NCBI GenBank assembly: GCA_963823665.1
Contig: CAWGMQ010000006.1
Coordinates: 32,001-96,000, forward strand
Length of the DNA: 64,000 nucleotides
DNA from: an uncultured Planctomycetota bacterium
Lineage (GTDB): Bacteria > Planctomycetota > Planctomycetia > Isosphaerales > Isosphaeraceae
Direction: 5' to 3'
Both the position numbers and the translations under genes were made by a program. Below are positions 1 through 11,881 of the stretch, one piece after another. Each line of letters begins with the position of its first letter. Position 1 is the first letter of the stretch. The notes beneath the pieces were generated by a model, which was not told the DNA's origin, did not search any database, and worked only from the letters and a program-made list of their open reading frames with translations.

Positions 1-359
1 GGCGGTTCATCCCGCAATCTCGCTGACGGATCTTAATTGAGTCGTCCGTCCATTGCCAAGTATTTTCTAAGATTTCTCGGGGGTAGCGGTCTCGCGAATC
101 CCATGCGAGGTCGGCACTCCAAACAACTTGCGCACGGCGCCACCGGCTCCCGCGAGCGACTGGCTCGTGGACGCGACAGGGAAAATGAGATTATCATACA
201 GGTGAGCGCCGTTCCCCGACGAACACATGACAATCCGGGTCATCGCGCCAAGACGCCATCTTCGTTCGAGGTATCGACGGAGAAACTCGACGAGCCTTGG
301 ACGGCGACCGGCGAATCGCCGGTCATTGGTCGCTGAGCAGGGCCAGATCGGGAGAGACC

Positions 360-3255
360 ATGAATCGACTTGGCGACGTACCAGCCGACGTGCTTTTCAG
401 TCTGATCGCCCTCAACAACAACCTGGTCGATCCCGGGGTCATTCCCGGCGCGCTGCGATCCCGGGGGCTCGAGCCAGTTCGATCGCTGGGCGAGCTTCTC
501 GTTTCTCAGGGCGCCCTCACGCCCGCGCAGTGCGACCTGCTCGAGGCACTTTCGGGCGAATACATCGAGCGTGGCGGCGGCGATGCTCTCAAGGGTTTGG
601 CGGCTCTGGTGGCGAACCCGTCGGTGCGCGAGCGACTCGATCAGCTTGGCGACGTCGGGTTGCCCAAGAGCCTCAGCCACGCCTTCTCACTCACAACGAC
701 CCTCCCGCCCGAGCCCGATCCGGGACTCGGTGGTACAACCCAACCTGCGCTGTCTTCAACCGAGCTCGAACCCAGACCATGGCCGGAAATAACCGGTTAC
801 CAGATCAAGGGGGTGCTGGGCGTGGGTGGGATGGGGATCGTCTACAAGGCGCACCAGGAGGGGCTGGACCGGTTCGTCGCTCTGAAGATGATTCGGGCCG
901 GCGCCGGTGCGCGACCGCAGGACTTCGCTCGCTTCGAAAGCGAGGCAAAGGCGGTTGCGGCAATCAACCACAACAACATCATCAAGATTTTTGCCATCGG
1001 GAAACAGGACGGGCTTCCCTACTTCTCTCTCGAATATCTCCCTGGCGGCAGCTTATCCGAGAAGATCGGCGGCAGGCCCCAGCCGTTCGATCATGCCGCC
1101 CATATCGTCGAGACACTGGCGCGAGCAATCCACGTCGCGCATGAGCACAAGGTCATCCACCGCGACCTGAAGCCGGGCAATGTGCTCTTTGCCGCCGACG
1201 GCACGCTCAAGATTACCGACTTCGGGTTGGTGAAACGATTGGAGGGCGACTCGAATCAAACCCACAGCGGTTCGATTCTCGGCACGCCAAGCTACATGGC
1301 TCCCGAACAGGCCCGCGGCGAGAACGAGACTGTCGGGCCGGCCGCGGACCAGTACGCCCTGGGCGCGATTCTCTATGATCTGCTCACCGGGCGGCCGCCG
1401 TTCCAGGGATCGTCGGTCCTCGATACGTTGGAAATGGTCCGGACAAAGGAGCCGGTGACGCCGACTCAGCTTCAGCCCAAGACGCCGCGAGATCTGGAGA
1501 CGATCTGTCTGAAGTGCCTCGAGAAAGACCCCGCGCGCCGTTATCCCGACGTGCTCGCGCTGGCTGAAGACCTGCGGCGGTTCCGGGCGGGTGAGCCGAT
1601 CGTGGCGCGGCCGGTTTCCACTGCCGAGCGGCTTTGGCGCTGGTGCAAGCGGAATCGAAGGGTTGCGTGGTTGAGCGCCGGCCTCGCGCTCTCGCTCCTG
1701 ATCGTGACGATCGGCTCGGTGGTCGCGGCTGTGACGCTACGCGCTGCCAACGCCGTGGCCGAAGAGAAGCGCGCGCAGGCCGTCGCTGCCAACGCCTTGG
1801 CCGAAGAGAAGCGTGCCCAAGCCGTCGCTGCCGCGCGCGGCCAATGAAGGGAACCGAAACGCGGTTGAAGCCGAGGTCGACCAGATTGTCCTGCTCAGGG
1901 GTAAGCTCCGGAACGTGCCGGCGATCGAGGATGTGCGTGAGCAGTTGTTCACAAAGGCGATCGAGCGACTCACGGCCGTGGCCAAAGCGATGGACGACGT
2001 CCGCCGCTACGTGGAATGGGACCCCAAGGACGAGGAGGCCAACTGGCGGTCGGTGGCCAGGGCTTACCAGGCACGGGCCGTGGTGAGCCTGTCGCGTGCC
2101 CAGTTCGCTGACGCAATGGACCAATACCGAAAGGCCGAGGAAATCATCGCGAGGCTCGCCGCGGCCGACCGCAACGACCTGGTCAAGCAGGGCAATCTTC
2201 TGAGGATCGAGCGCGAGCTCGGCAGCATTTCGGTCGACCGACTGGGCGACACCGAGGGGGGCCAAAGATATCTTCGCAAGGCCGTCGAGATCAGCAGGGC
2301 ATGCAAAGCAAAGCAACCCGACGACGGTAACAAGGGTGAGCTGGCCAATTCTCTGGGCAAGCTTGCGGGCTCGGAAGTGGTGCTCGGTCATCTCGAGAAG
2401 GCACGCGAGCTCTATCGCGAAGAGATGGCTGTCCGCGACTCGTTTTCGCCGGCCAAGGCCAATGACTGGGAGGCCCGGCGCGAGCTCGCAGGCCTTTACG
2501 CGGAGCTCGCGACACTGGCCGTGAAGCTGGGCGATCGGGATGAGGGACAGAAGCTCTACGACCGATGCGCAAAGATCCGCGAGCAGATTGCGGCGGAGAA
2601 GCCGGACTTCTGGCCAGCGGAGAACGATCTTGCGCTGACATACAACAATCAAGGGTCGATGCAGTTTCCGCTGGGTGGCGAGCCGAAAGCCGCGCGGGAG
2701 TTTCACCGCAAGGCGCTCGAGGTATTGAAAAACCGTGCTCGGGTCGACCCGACGAACTTTGAGAACAAGCAGACGTTGGGACTCACGCTTTATTACGACG
2801 CGACGTGCGCCCTTCATTCCGGCGACAAAGACGGGGCGGCCGCTGGTTATCTCGAAAGCCAGAAGATCTTCAAAGAGCTGGCCACGGAGCCCACGGCGAA
2901 GTTGCAGAAGGGATATTTGATGCTCGCGCTAGCCCGGTGCGGCGATCATGCCGGGGCTTCCGCGATCGCAGAGGAGCTCGTGAAAGTACCACCCAAGGAC
3001 GAAGCCGTCTACGTCCAGGCCGCCTGCGGATTTGCTCTGGCCGCGGGCGCCGCCCGCGCGCCCGGCGGGGGCAACGCGGATCTCGTTGGGCACTACGTCG
3101 ACAGGGCCCTCAAGTGCTTACGCGACGCCAAGGACAGGGGCTTTGAGGACGTCGTGGGCCTCGAGACCGACACAGACCTCGAACCAATCCGCAAGGAACC
3201 AGCATTCCAAGCCTTGCTTGGTGAGTTCCAGCAACGGGTCGGAAAACGGCCGTGA
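360..3255 (+). CDS. Hanks-type Ser/Thr protein kinase with TM helix and TPR-like helical C-terminus; split by one frameshift near 1835-1845 (ORFs 297..1847 and 1813..3255)
   Basis: GVGGMG P-loop, VALKM, HRDLKPGN, DFG, YMAPEQ; hydrophobic segment VAWLSAGLALSLLIVTIGSVVAAV; the second ORF continues with helical repeats and a typical planctomycete kinase tail (DTDLEPIR); ATG at 360 follows GGAGA. Confidence 0.9.
1742..1832 (+). repeat. 42-bp tandem repeat (2 copies plus partial) encoding AANA(V/L)AEEKRAQAV stalk
   Basis: cgctgccaacgcc begins at 1742 and 1784, partial third unit at 1826. Confidence 0.9.
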
Positions 3256-3420
3256 CCCAGCAGCTCGGCGTCTCAGGCTCGAGTGATTGATTGGTGGCGG
3301 TTGTTATTGACCTGGCACGCGCGCGCTTATCATACCGCTGGGCAGTGTGCAGCTCTCGTTGATGCCGTTCGACAATCTTCCCGTCGTGAGTGGCGTGGTT
3401 CAAATGAAAAGGAAAAGATG

Positions 3421-3506
3421 GGCTCACGCAAAGTCGCGAAGTCGCAGAGGGGGAAGCGCAACTGAAAGGAAAAGACGGGCTGACGCAAAGTCGGGATGGC
3501 GCAAAG
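3421..3506 (+). repeat. Two short intergenic repeats of type ggct(c/g)acgcaaagtcg
   Basis: ggctcacgcaaagtcgcgaagtcgcagag at 3421; ggctgacgcaaagtcgggatggcgcaaag at 3478. Confidence 0.55.
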
Positions 3507-3565
3507 GCAGGGGAAGGCGTGAGAGGGCGAGGATGGCCGTGGATTCGGGTTCTGGTTGTTCGTGA

Positions 3566-3707
3566 GTTGAGCCTATTTCTGGCCAGGTCGAGACGCTCCG
3601 GATCACGGAGGAGCAGTGGCCGCGGACTCCCGAAGCCGTCGCCGAGTGGCTTGCGTGGTTTGATTCGATTGAGCCCATCGAGATGACGCCGGAGGAGGAC
3701 GCGCGTT
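3566..3707 (+). pseudogene. Remnant of a small acidic hypothetical (antitoxin-like) gene
   Basis: Frame reads VEPISGQVETLRITEEQWPRTPEAVAEWLAWFDSIEPIEMTPEEDAR directly after an in-frame TGA, with no start codon; family assignment is from recall only. Confidence 0.4.
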
Positions 3708-3716
3708 GCGGGATCC

Positions 3717-4208
3717 TCACGTGCTCTCGGGCTGCTTTCTCGCGAGGAAAAGGGCTAAACGCTCGTTGAGGAACGCGGGACTCACCCAGAAGTCGGTCTG
3801 TTTCACCTTTTCGAAGGCGTCACCCAAGTTCAGAAGACCCTGGTCGGCTGCTGCCTCCAAGATGCCAATCGTGCCGATCACGTGTAAGCCGCGGTCTTTG
3901 GCCGCCTTCCTTCCGATAACCTCGTCAATGACAACTCGGTCGGCTCAAAGCTCCTGGGCAAGCGAAATCGCTGCAGACTCACCGGCGTGGAGTCCTTGAA
4001 TGACTTCGATCGAGGTTGGAGAGACGACGCGCAGCCATGGCGGTGGTGCCGAGATGAATGCACGGACGGCCTCGGAGCGCTTCGGCGATATGAGTTCAGC
4101 CTGCACTTGGGGCGGAATGATGACCTCGTGGAATAGGGCTGGAAGCACGTCGACGTGTGCGACTGAAACCAAGACCACGAACGGTGAGCTGCCAGCGACG
4201 ATGATCAT
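3717..4208 (-). pseudogene. DUF3368 / PIN-domain toxin-like protein with in-frame TGA at 3945-3947
   Basis: MIIVAGSSP...LHAGESAAISLAQEL*ADRVVIDE..GRKAAKDRGLHVIGTIGIL continues in the same frame to a stop at 3717. Confidence 0.85.
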
Positions 4209-4486
4209 GAAGGACGGTTTTCCCGCAATTCGTCGAGGCTTTTGATGTCTGCGTCAACATCTTCGTGTGTGAGCGCGTGCTCGGTTACTTTATGACGCTT
4301 GAACAGGGCGTCGGTTTCAAATCGGTCCAGGCCGAGCGACTGACCCACGTCGTAATGGGTGAGAATGCCTCGACGAAAGAGCTCAATCGCGAATGCCTCG
4401 CGGGCGGCGGTCGACAGGTCGCCGTTCTCGGCGCGGAGTCGCTCTTCGACATTTGGAGGCAGGTTAACCGCGATGTTGATATTCAT
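4205..4486 (-). CDS. UPF0175-family putative antitoxin
   Basis: AREAFAIELFRRGILTHYDVGQSLGLDRFE HTH-like pattern; 4-bp ATGA overlap with the DUF3368 gene. Confidence 0.8.
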   Translation of the reverse strand: MNINIAVNLPPNVEERLRAENGDLSTAAREAFAIELFRRGILTHYDVGQSLGLDRFETDALFKRHKVTEHALTHEDVDADIKSLDELRENRPS

Positions 4487-4944
4487 TGGCAGCTCGCACG
4501 GTTCGCCCGCAAGAAGGTTCTTTGAGATCCAGGGACGACCTAGCCCTTTGCGTCAGCCGTGATCGCAGCACTCGCCAAGACAGTGGCACCCAGTGTGGAT
4601 ATGCCGCGTCAGTCTCGTGATGGTGGTGGGCCGGTTACCGTTTGCCATCTTGCATGCGCTTATTATCCGCAAATCCTGTGGCAAAATGCAACGAGAGATC
4701 CGGGTTCGCCGATGTCGATTCCGCGAACGTCACGATCTCGCGTTCACCTCGTGACGGTCCGACCTATCAGAGAACGGTTCCTGACACCTTTATTCCACCG
4801 GAATGCACCCCCTGGCCCTGGGCTGTTGAAAAGTGGGCCTTACGGACGAAATTCGCGGTGAACGATTCGGCGTTTTCTGTTGCGCGACTGCGCTGTGATG
4901 ATGGCGACCGCCGGGACGGACCCCCCATCTAGCGGAGGGCAGGA

Positions 4945-5010
4945 CTAAGAGTACGAGTACGAGTAAGATTCAGATTCAGATTAAGAGTAAGAGTAAGAGT
5001 AAGAGTCGGA
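4945..5010. repeat. Degenerate hexanucleotide microsatellite (GAGTAA/GAGTAC/GATTCA)
   Basis: taagagtacgagtacgagtaagattcagattcagattaagagtaagagtaagagtaagagtc; a similar tract on the opposite strand near 39748-39790. Confidence 0.85.
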
Positions 5011-5062
5011 GTGGTTCGGCCGAGCGACTCTCAGTATGCGGCCGCCGGGACGGACCCCCCCA

Positions 5063-5237
5063 GGCCCCCCTTCTAAAGGGGGGGAAGCTCCGCGCAACAT
5101 TCGCGGCGGGAAATCTCCGCTCCTTATTCTGCAAGTTTTCAACAGGCCACCCTGGCCCTCCCTTCTGAAGGGGGGGAAGCTCTGCGCAACATTCGCGGCG
5201 GGAAATCACCGCTGCATCGATCGCAAGTTTTCAACAA
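5063..5237. repeat. Tandem ~92-bp REP-like duplication with CCCCCTT..AAGGGGG hairpin; third copy inverted near 52247-52305
   Basis: ccttct(a/g)aagggggggaagctc(c/t)gcgcaacattcgcggcgggaaatc twice, each followed by gcaagttttcaaca. Confidence 0.85.
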
Positions 5238-5292
5238 CCCAGCCGAACGGGAGTTGAAATCAGACGGTGCGTGGCGGCTGATCCGAGGGGGA

Positions 5293-8200
5293 TCATCCCA
5301 GGGCAAGGTTGGACTTCAGCTTGTGGCCCTTTGCCCGGGTTGCCAGCGTTAGGTCGAGTGCGGAGATGGTGCCCTCGCCGGTCACGTCTGCGCCCAGGGG
5401 GGCGAGGCCTGTTGGGTTGGATAGGTTGATCTCGGCGGCGATTTCGTTGAGGTCGTTGTTGTCGACGGTGCCGTCGCCGGTGACGTCGCCGAGCAGGCGG
5501 TAGAAGTGGTGGACGGCGGTTGATCCGCTCGGGAGATTGATATCGAGCTCGTAGTAGCCGTCGGCGGTCGTTGTGTTGGGGCTGCCGCCCAGGCCGTTTG
5601 CGCCGAAGTCGAGGTCGATGGCGTGGTCGATGACCGAAACGTTGACGTTGGAGAGCGAGACGGGCGTCTTGCTCGAGGCGTCGTCGTTCAGGTCGTACTG
5701 GTAGAGCTGGATCTCGGGTGATGCCGTCTTGAGCGAATTGACGATCTGGGTCAGCTCGCCGCCGGACTGGGTGTCGGATTCGTTGAAATCGACTTGGAGG
5801 TAGCGGATGTAGGAACGCTCGACGGCGCCGTCTTCGACGATCAAGCTTGTGGTCTGGAGCTGGGCAGGGGTGGCGAAGGTTTCTTGGAGGGTGAGGTTGG
5901 GGCTTGTGGGCGCGGACTGCGTATTGCCGGCGCTGTCGAGGCCGATGCTGTAGAAGGCGTAGGTGTGCTGGGTGCCGTCGGTGAGGGCTTGGTAGGGGAT
6001 TGTGGCGTGGACGTATCCGGAGGAGTCGGCTGGGCCGGCTGGTATGGGTGGTGCGGCGGGCGTGTATGGGGCGGAATCGACTGAGACGTAGACCTCGAAG
6101 TAGGTCAGCACACCGCCGCCGGGATCACTGCCGGTCAGATTGAGCGTGAAGGTGCCGGTCGCGGTGCTGACCGTGCTGGGATTGGTTCCCGTCGTACTGT
6201 CGACCATCGTGACGGGCGGGGTCAGGTCGGGCAGATATGTGTTGGCTTCGATTTGCGGGTTGTAAGCTTGGGTATTTCCTGCGTTGTCTGTCGACGTGCT
6301 GTAGAAGGCATAGGTCGTGTTGCTCTGGCCGGTGTAGTTTGCTGTGGGGTTCGAGGCCGGGACGGTGGTCCAGAGCGACCAGGCTCCGCCGTTGGTGCTT
6401 GAGTAGATATTGTAGGACTTCACGCCGGAGGGGGGTGAGCCGCCGTCGGAGCCGGTGACGGAGACTGTGAACGTGAGGCTCGTGCCGCGTTGCGGGAGCG
6501 GGTTGACGGTGCTTGTGGGGGGGGTTGTGTCCATTAGCCAGGAGGTTGAGAGGGTTCCTGCGCCGGGGTTGCCGTTCTGGTCGTCGATGGCGGCGGCGTT
6601 CACGGTCAGGGTGTAATTGCCGTTGCTGGCGGTGAGGGTGCTCAGGCCGTTGATCTGGCAGGTCGGGCCTCCGACGAGTTTGATCGTGACGGCGCTCGTG
6701 ATCAGGTTCGGGCCGTCGGCGTCGGTGAGGGTCACGGCTCCGAGGTTTGAGGTGCCCGAGTTAATCGGTTCGTTGAAAGTGACATCGATGGTCGACACGG
6801 GGATATTCCGTGGATCGGGAATAATCGGGCCCAAGGCAGTCACCGTCAACGGGTTCGTGACAGTCACGGAGGCTTCCGTCGTGACAGTGAAACCGTCGAT
6901 GGTGGCAGAAATCGTGTTGCTGCCGATGGTCCGCGCCGAGAAAGTTGCGGTGTACGTGCCGTTGTCGTTGTCCGTGACCGGACCGAAGGTTCCGCTGCCG
7001 GTCCCGGTGCCCAATTCGAAAGCGACCGTGAAGCCGCCCGTCGTCTCTTGCGTTCCGTCGGCATCTATCGCCGTTAAAGTGACCGTGGCCGTGCCCCCGA
7101 TCAGGATCGTTGCCGGCGCGACCGTGACGCTCGACTGGGCGAGGCTCAGCGGCACGACGGTGATTCCAGCAGGTACAGAAGACACCGATTGATAGTTGAT
7201 CGTGGCCTCGAAGGTGGCAGTTCCAGGGCTAATTGCCGTGAAGGTGGCTGAATATGTCCCGTCGTCGTTGTCGGTGACCTGGCTGAAAGTCCCGACCGCG
7301 CTTTCGAGACCAAAGCTAACCAGCAGGCCGCCCGTGGTTTCCTGGTTGCCGTAGCTGTCCCTGGCCGTCAGCGTCACCGTCGTGTTGCCTCCGACCGGCA
7401 AGGCTGTGGCGGCCGCGGACACCGTTGATTCCGCCAGGTCGACTGCACCCGGGGTGACGGCCACGGCAGGTGCTGATGTCGTCACCGGCTGATCGTTAAT
7501 CGTCGCGGTGATGGTGTTGGTCCCGGCGATGATACCGGTGAACACGGCGGTGTAGGTCCCGTCGCCGTTGTCCGTGACAGCGCTGAACGTGCCGGTGCCG
7601 CTGCCGCTCCCCAGGCCGAATGCGACATCCAGCCCGCCGCTCGTTTCCTCGGCCCCCGAGCTGTCGATGGCGGTAAGCGTGACACGTGTCGTTTGCCCCG
7701 CGCTAATGTTGGCGGGAGTAACGGAAATAGTAGACTGTGACGGATCGGCGGTGCTCACCGTAAGGGTGTAGATCTGTGAAAACGGGATGCCCACGCCGTC
7801 CGTGCGGGCCACGGTGAAGCTGACCGTTCCAGCCGCCGTGGGAGTACCGACGATGGCGAGGTTGTTGGTGCCGTCCGCGGGAATCGGCAGCCCGGGGATG
7901 GAACCAGCGATGTCGCTCACGACGAGCGTCTTGTTCCCAGTCCCGCCGCTCGCCGTAATCGTCTGGTCATAGGGGGCGTTGACCGTGCCACCCGGCAAGG
8001 CACTGAGGGAAATCGGCGCCGGCACCATCAGCGCAAAAACGGTACCGTCCAGGTCGCCGACCGCTGGCGTGGTGTTGTTATCGAATTCGACTGACAAGCG
8101 GATGGTGCTCTTGCCGGTACCGCTTACCGGCGTATCCTGCTCTTGTATGGGCGTGTCACCCGAGGGCCCGACCTGGACCCACTCCAACCCGTCGTAATAG

Positions 8201-11200
8201 GCGGCCGTATGCCATTGCCCGTCATCTCCGAAATAGGCCAGCGAGGTCTGCTGAAGCTGCTGCGCGGGGACCTGGGCGGTGAACGTGACACTGGCGCTGG
8301 CGTCGGTGCTCGCATCTATTCCCGTGGTCTGCACGTCAAAGGTGGCCTGGGACAGCTGGACGGAAAAATCGGCATCGGGGTCCTGGGTGTAATTCCCCAC
8401 CGAAAACTGTGCCGTGCCGCTGAACTGGCTGCCTGTCGTCAAGGATCCGGAGACTTGCTGATTATTCGCGGGATCGTCGGCGTCGACGGTCGCGGTCGCA
8501 TCCGGGCCTAGGGCGGTGGAACTATTGATGTTGGCGATGTCGGTGGAATCGAGGTCATCGATCAGTTCGCCTCCGATCGATTCAAGCACAGGGGCGGAGT
8601 TCACGACGAAGTCGGCCACGGGCGCCGCTTGGATGGCGCTGTCGAACGACTCGAGATCGCTGATCGATTGCGTGTAACTCCCCTGGTCGAGTTGGGTGCC
8701 GGCCAAAATCAAGTCACTCACGAGCGCCGTGGCTTCCTCTTCGACGACGATGAACTGCGGATAAAGGATCTGCAGCAAGTTCAGGTTGCCGGGTGGCGGA
8801 GCCGTGCCGCCCGAGGAGGCGCAAAACCGTGGCGCCGCACCTGTGCCTAAGGTTTTGATGACGTTATCCATATACCATTGCCAGACGTCGCTGTGCCCAA
8901 GCCCCAACGAGCTCAGGTTGTATTGCAAGCTTACGGTGCTCGTCGAATCCTGAATCTCAATCTGGGACGGGTCCCCCATCAAGTTGAAAAAATTCTCATA
9001 TGAACTTACAAGCTTATAAGGCGCGTTGATATTACTTACAGAATCCTGCTCATAATAGTCGTCGACCTGGTTGACTCGGCTGTTTACAACGACACGTGGA
9101 TCGTCGTACGCCGCACTGAAGACCGCGTATAATAGGAGACCTGCGAGATCAGTCGGCGGAGCCAACAACGAGCCTACGCTAATATCGGTAAGTGTGTTCA
9201 GATTCGCTGGATGAGGATCCAAGAATGTCAGCTTATAGTAGCCCTCTGCGAGGGCCGGTTCTTCAGTATTCAGATTGCTAACCAGATCTTGCATCGCCTG
9301 GCCGATGACCGCCGATCCACGACTGTGGCCGATCAGTTGCACGTCGATGACGTCGTTTTCTCCCAGGTCGGGCTTAAGGCCGGCGGCTTGTCCTAGAATT
9401 TGCTCGTAGAGCGAGTTCCCGCCACTGACTGTTTGCCCGGGGAGAGGGCGGAAACTGTTCCAGTAGAACGGCATTGCGGAGTTGTAGCCTGCCTGTGAAG
9501 GAAATGGCGGGCCACTCAGCAAACTGGCCATCTGCTGCACCCAGCTCTGGTCTGAGGAGCCAAAACCCTGTGTGACGTCGGCGATGACCCAGATCTTGAA
9601 GTGAGCTTGAGAGTCATCCACCGTCAGATCTGTCGGCACCTTGCCCTGCGCATCGACGACGACGGCAAGAACGTATGGGAGGCTCGGGTCCGGTGCCAAC
9701 GGCTCGACAAGGTTGTCTTGGCCAGGCGCCGCTGTTTGGGGACTCCAATTACTGTTCTCTTGACTGAGGTCGATGCACGTTTCGCCTTGACCTGGCTGCA
9801 GGTCAGTGACTTCCTGCCGTTCGCCGACCGCCACGGTGTTGGGATCGTCGCTCTGATACGTCGGCTTGTCTGACCGGTAAATCTGGATGTAAAAGGGCTG
9901 CGTGAGGTTCGGATTGTTGATGTCATAATCGACGATGGCTTCACGCGAGTTGGTGGTACTGACGGAATCAAGGGCCACGTCCGCGACGAAAATGTCGGCG
10001 GAGAACTCAGAGGTGTCACCGGCCGGATCAGTGGCGGTTGCGCTGATGAACTGGCCGACAAGCGCAGTGGTGGCAATATCGAGGGGGAAGGACGCGACAC
10101 CATTGGAGTTGGTCGCAATATTGGCGAAACCGAGGAAGGTTTGCCCTTGACCGTAACCGGACGGGTCCTCGGTCGGGTCGCTGAAGAACTCGACCCGGTA
10201 AGTGGTGTTGGGCGCTCCCGACAGCGACCCAGTGATCGAGGTCGTTCCGCTGGCAGAAGATGCGTATGTTAATACCGGGAAATCCTGAAAGAGGTTCGGT
10301 CCGGCGTGGCCTTCGGAGTCGTTCTCCGTGACGCCGTCGTCTCCCAGGTCGATGCCGAGGCCGGCGTTGGCGTATATCGCATTCTCAAGAATCGCGTCAC
10401 CAGTCGAAGCGTCCGTCAGGCTGTTCCCGATCGTCACTCCATTGCCGTCGTTATAGGCGATCGTGTTGCCCGCTCCTGAGGCTGTCCCGCCGATCGTATT
10501 CGCCATGGCGCCGCCGGAGACGTCGATGCCGTCCGAGCCGTTGCCGAGACCGGTATCACCCGACGGATTTGTCCCGATGCAGTTGCCTTCAATCACGGTC
10601 TGCTGGGCGTTGTCCAGGTCGATGCCGTCGTTGGTGTTACTCGTGATCACATTCCCAGCGCCGGCGACCGTGCCGCCGATTGTGTTACCGGCGGCGCCGT
10701 CTGAGACTTCGATGCCGTCATTGTCGTTGCCGAGCCCCACCGCGCTGTTGAAATCGGTCCCGATCCAGTTGCCTTCGATCACGGTTTGCTGGACGATGTC
10801 TAGGTCGATGCCGTCGTTGGTGTTACTCGTGATCACATTCCCAGCGCCGGCGACCGTGCCGCCGATTGTGTTACCGGTCGCGAATCCGGATACGACGATT
10901 CCGTTTTGGTTGCCGGTGATCTGGCTTCCCGTGACGGATTCGTCGTTGCCTGTGACGGAGACCCCGTTCCCGCTGAAACCAGTGAACGTCACGTTTTGAA
11001 CGCTGTCTTGATTGCCAGAGATGTCCAGCCCGTCTCCGCTTGCCGAAGTGCCGTCGAGCGTGATCGGGCCGGTGATGGTAACCTGGTCACGCGCCAGCGC
11101 GGGGAGCGGAGATTGAAGCGAGATCGTGGCCCCTGAAATGTTGCTGGCAAACGTGATCTGGTCCGGGCCGTTCGCTATCGGGTCGGCATTGACGGCGGTG

Positions 11201-11881
11201 ATCATGTCCCGCAGCGACCCGGGCGCGGGCTGCGAGTCGCTCGTAAGGTAGTCGCTCGTATTGGTGACAATGTACGCGACCGAGAAGGAGCCCGTGTCCA
11301 CGGACGTCAGACCCGCGCTCGCTGCCTGCAGGGTGTAACCGCTGCCCGCCTGGTTCAGGGTCAAGTCGGGGAAGTCGGCCAAGCCGTTGACGGCGTTTAC
11401 CGTGACCGTACCGCCGAGAGTAGCGCCCCCGGGGTTGTTGTCGAGAGCGATCGTGACGGGTCCGTTGAAGCTTGTGTCCACGTTGCCACTGGCATTCTCC
11501 GCCGAAATTTGTACGTCGAACTTGTTATCTAAGCCGACGGTTTTCGGCGGCCGTGTGGTCACCATCAAGACATCCGGAACGAAATGCCAGGAAAGGCTAC
11601 TCGATGCCTCGGCGTATGAGGGGATGCCGGAAGTAATGCCCTCTACGCCCAATTGAAAATAGTATGTGCTGCCAGCTTGAATGGATTGTTGATAATCCCC
11701 AGGGATAAGGCTCACGCCGCCATCGTAATTTTGCCCCGCCCCTCCCCAAGCTTCCGCGGTGTTATATCCAGGGCCTGACGAGGACGAACTGCTATCGTAA
11801 TCCTCGATAAGCTCGCCGTTTGCGGTTGCCATTATTACAATCTGGTAACTCGGGGAGAATGCGCCAGACGTATAAAAAAAT
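5293..11881 (-). pseudogene. 3' part (~2195 aa) of a giant secreted/surface protein interrupted by ISL3: Ig-like domain, beta-helix repeats, GHSRG alpha/beta-hydrolase domain, putative Ig domain, three invasin/Big-1-like repeats, C-terminal dockerin-like motif
   Basis: ORF 5293..11931; VTNTSD..GSLR, GNTIGGTVAGAGNVI repeats, LIGHSRGSA, VTDNGDGTYTA-type repeats x3, GDVTGDGTVDNNDL. Confidence 0.85.
10616..10877. repeat. Identical 76-bp segments with 186-bp period inside the beta-helix region
   Basis: 10616-10691 matches 10802-10877 (aggtcgatgccgtcgttggtg...ttaccgg). Confidence 0.9.

Noticed and set aside
1384..2817. Long opposite-strand or alternate-frame ORFs (also 29492..31012, 50377..51969, 59378..60964)
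   Set aside because: They fully overlap well-supported genes and lack domain motifs
3945..3947. Selenocysteine or stop-codon recoding
   Set aside because: The position is not Cys-like in this family, no SECIS-like hairpin was recognised, and TGA is the usual stop throughout the window
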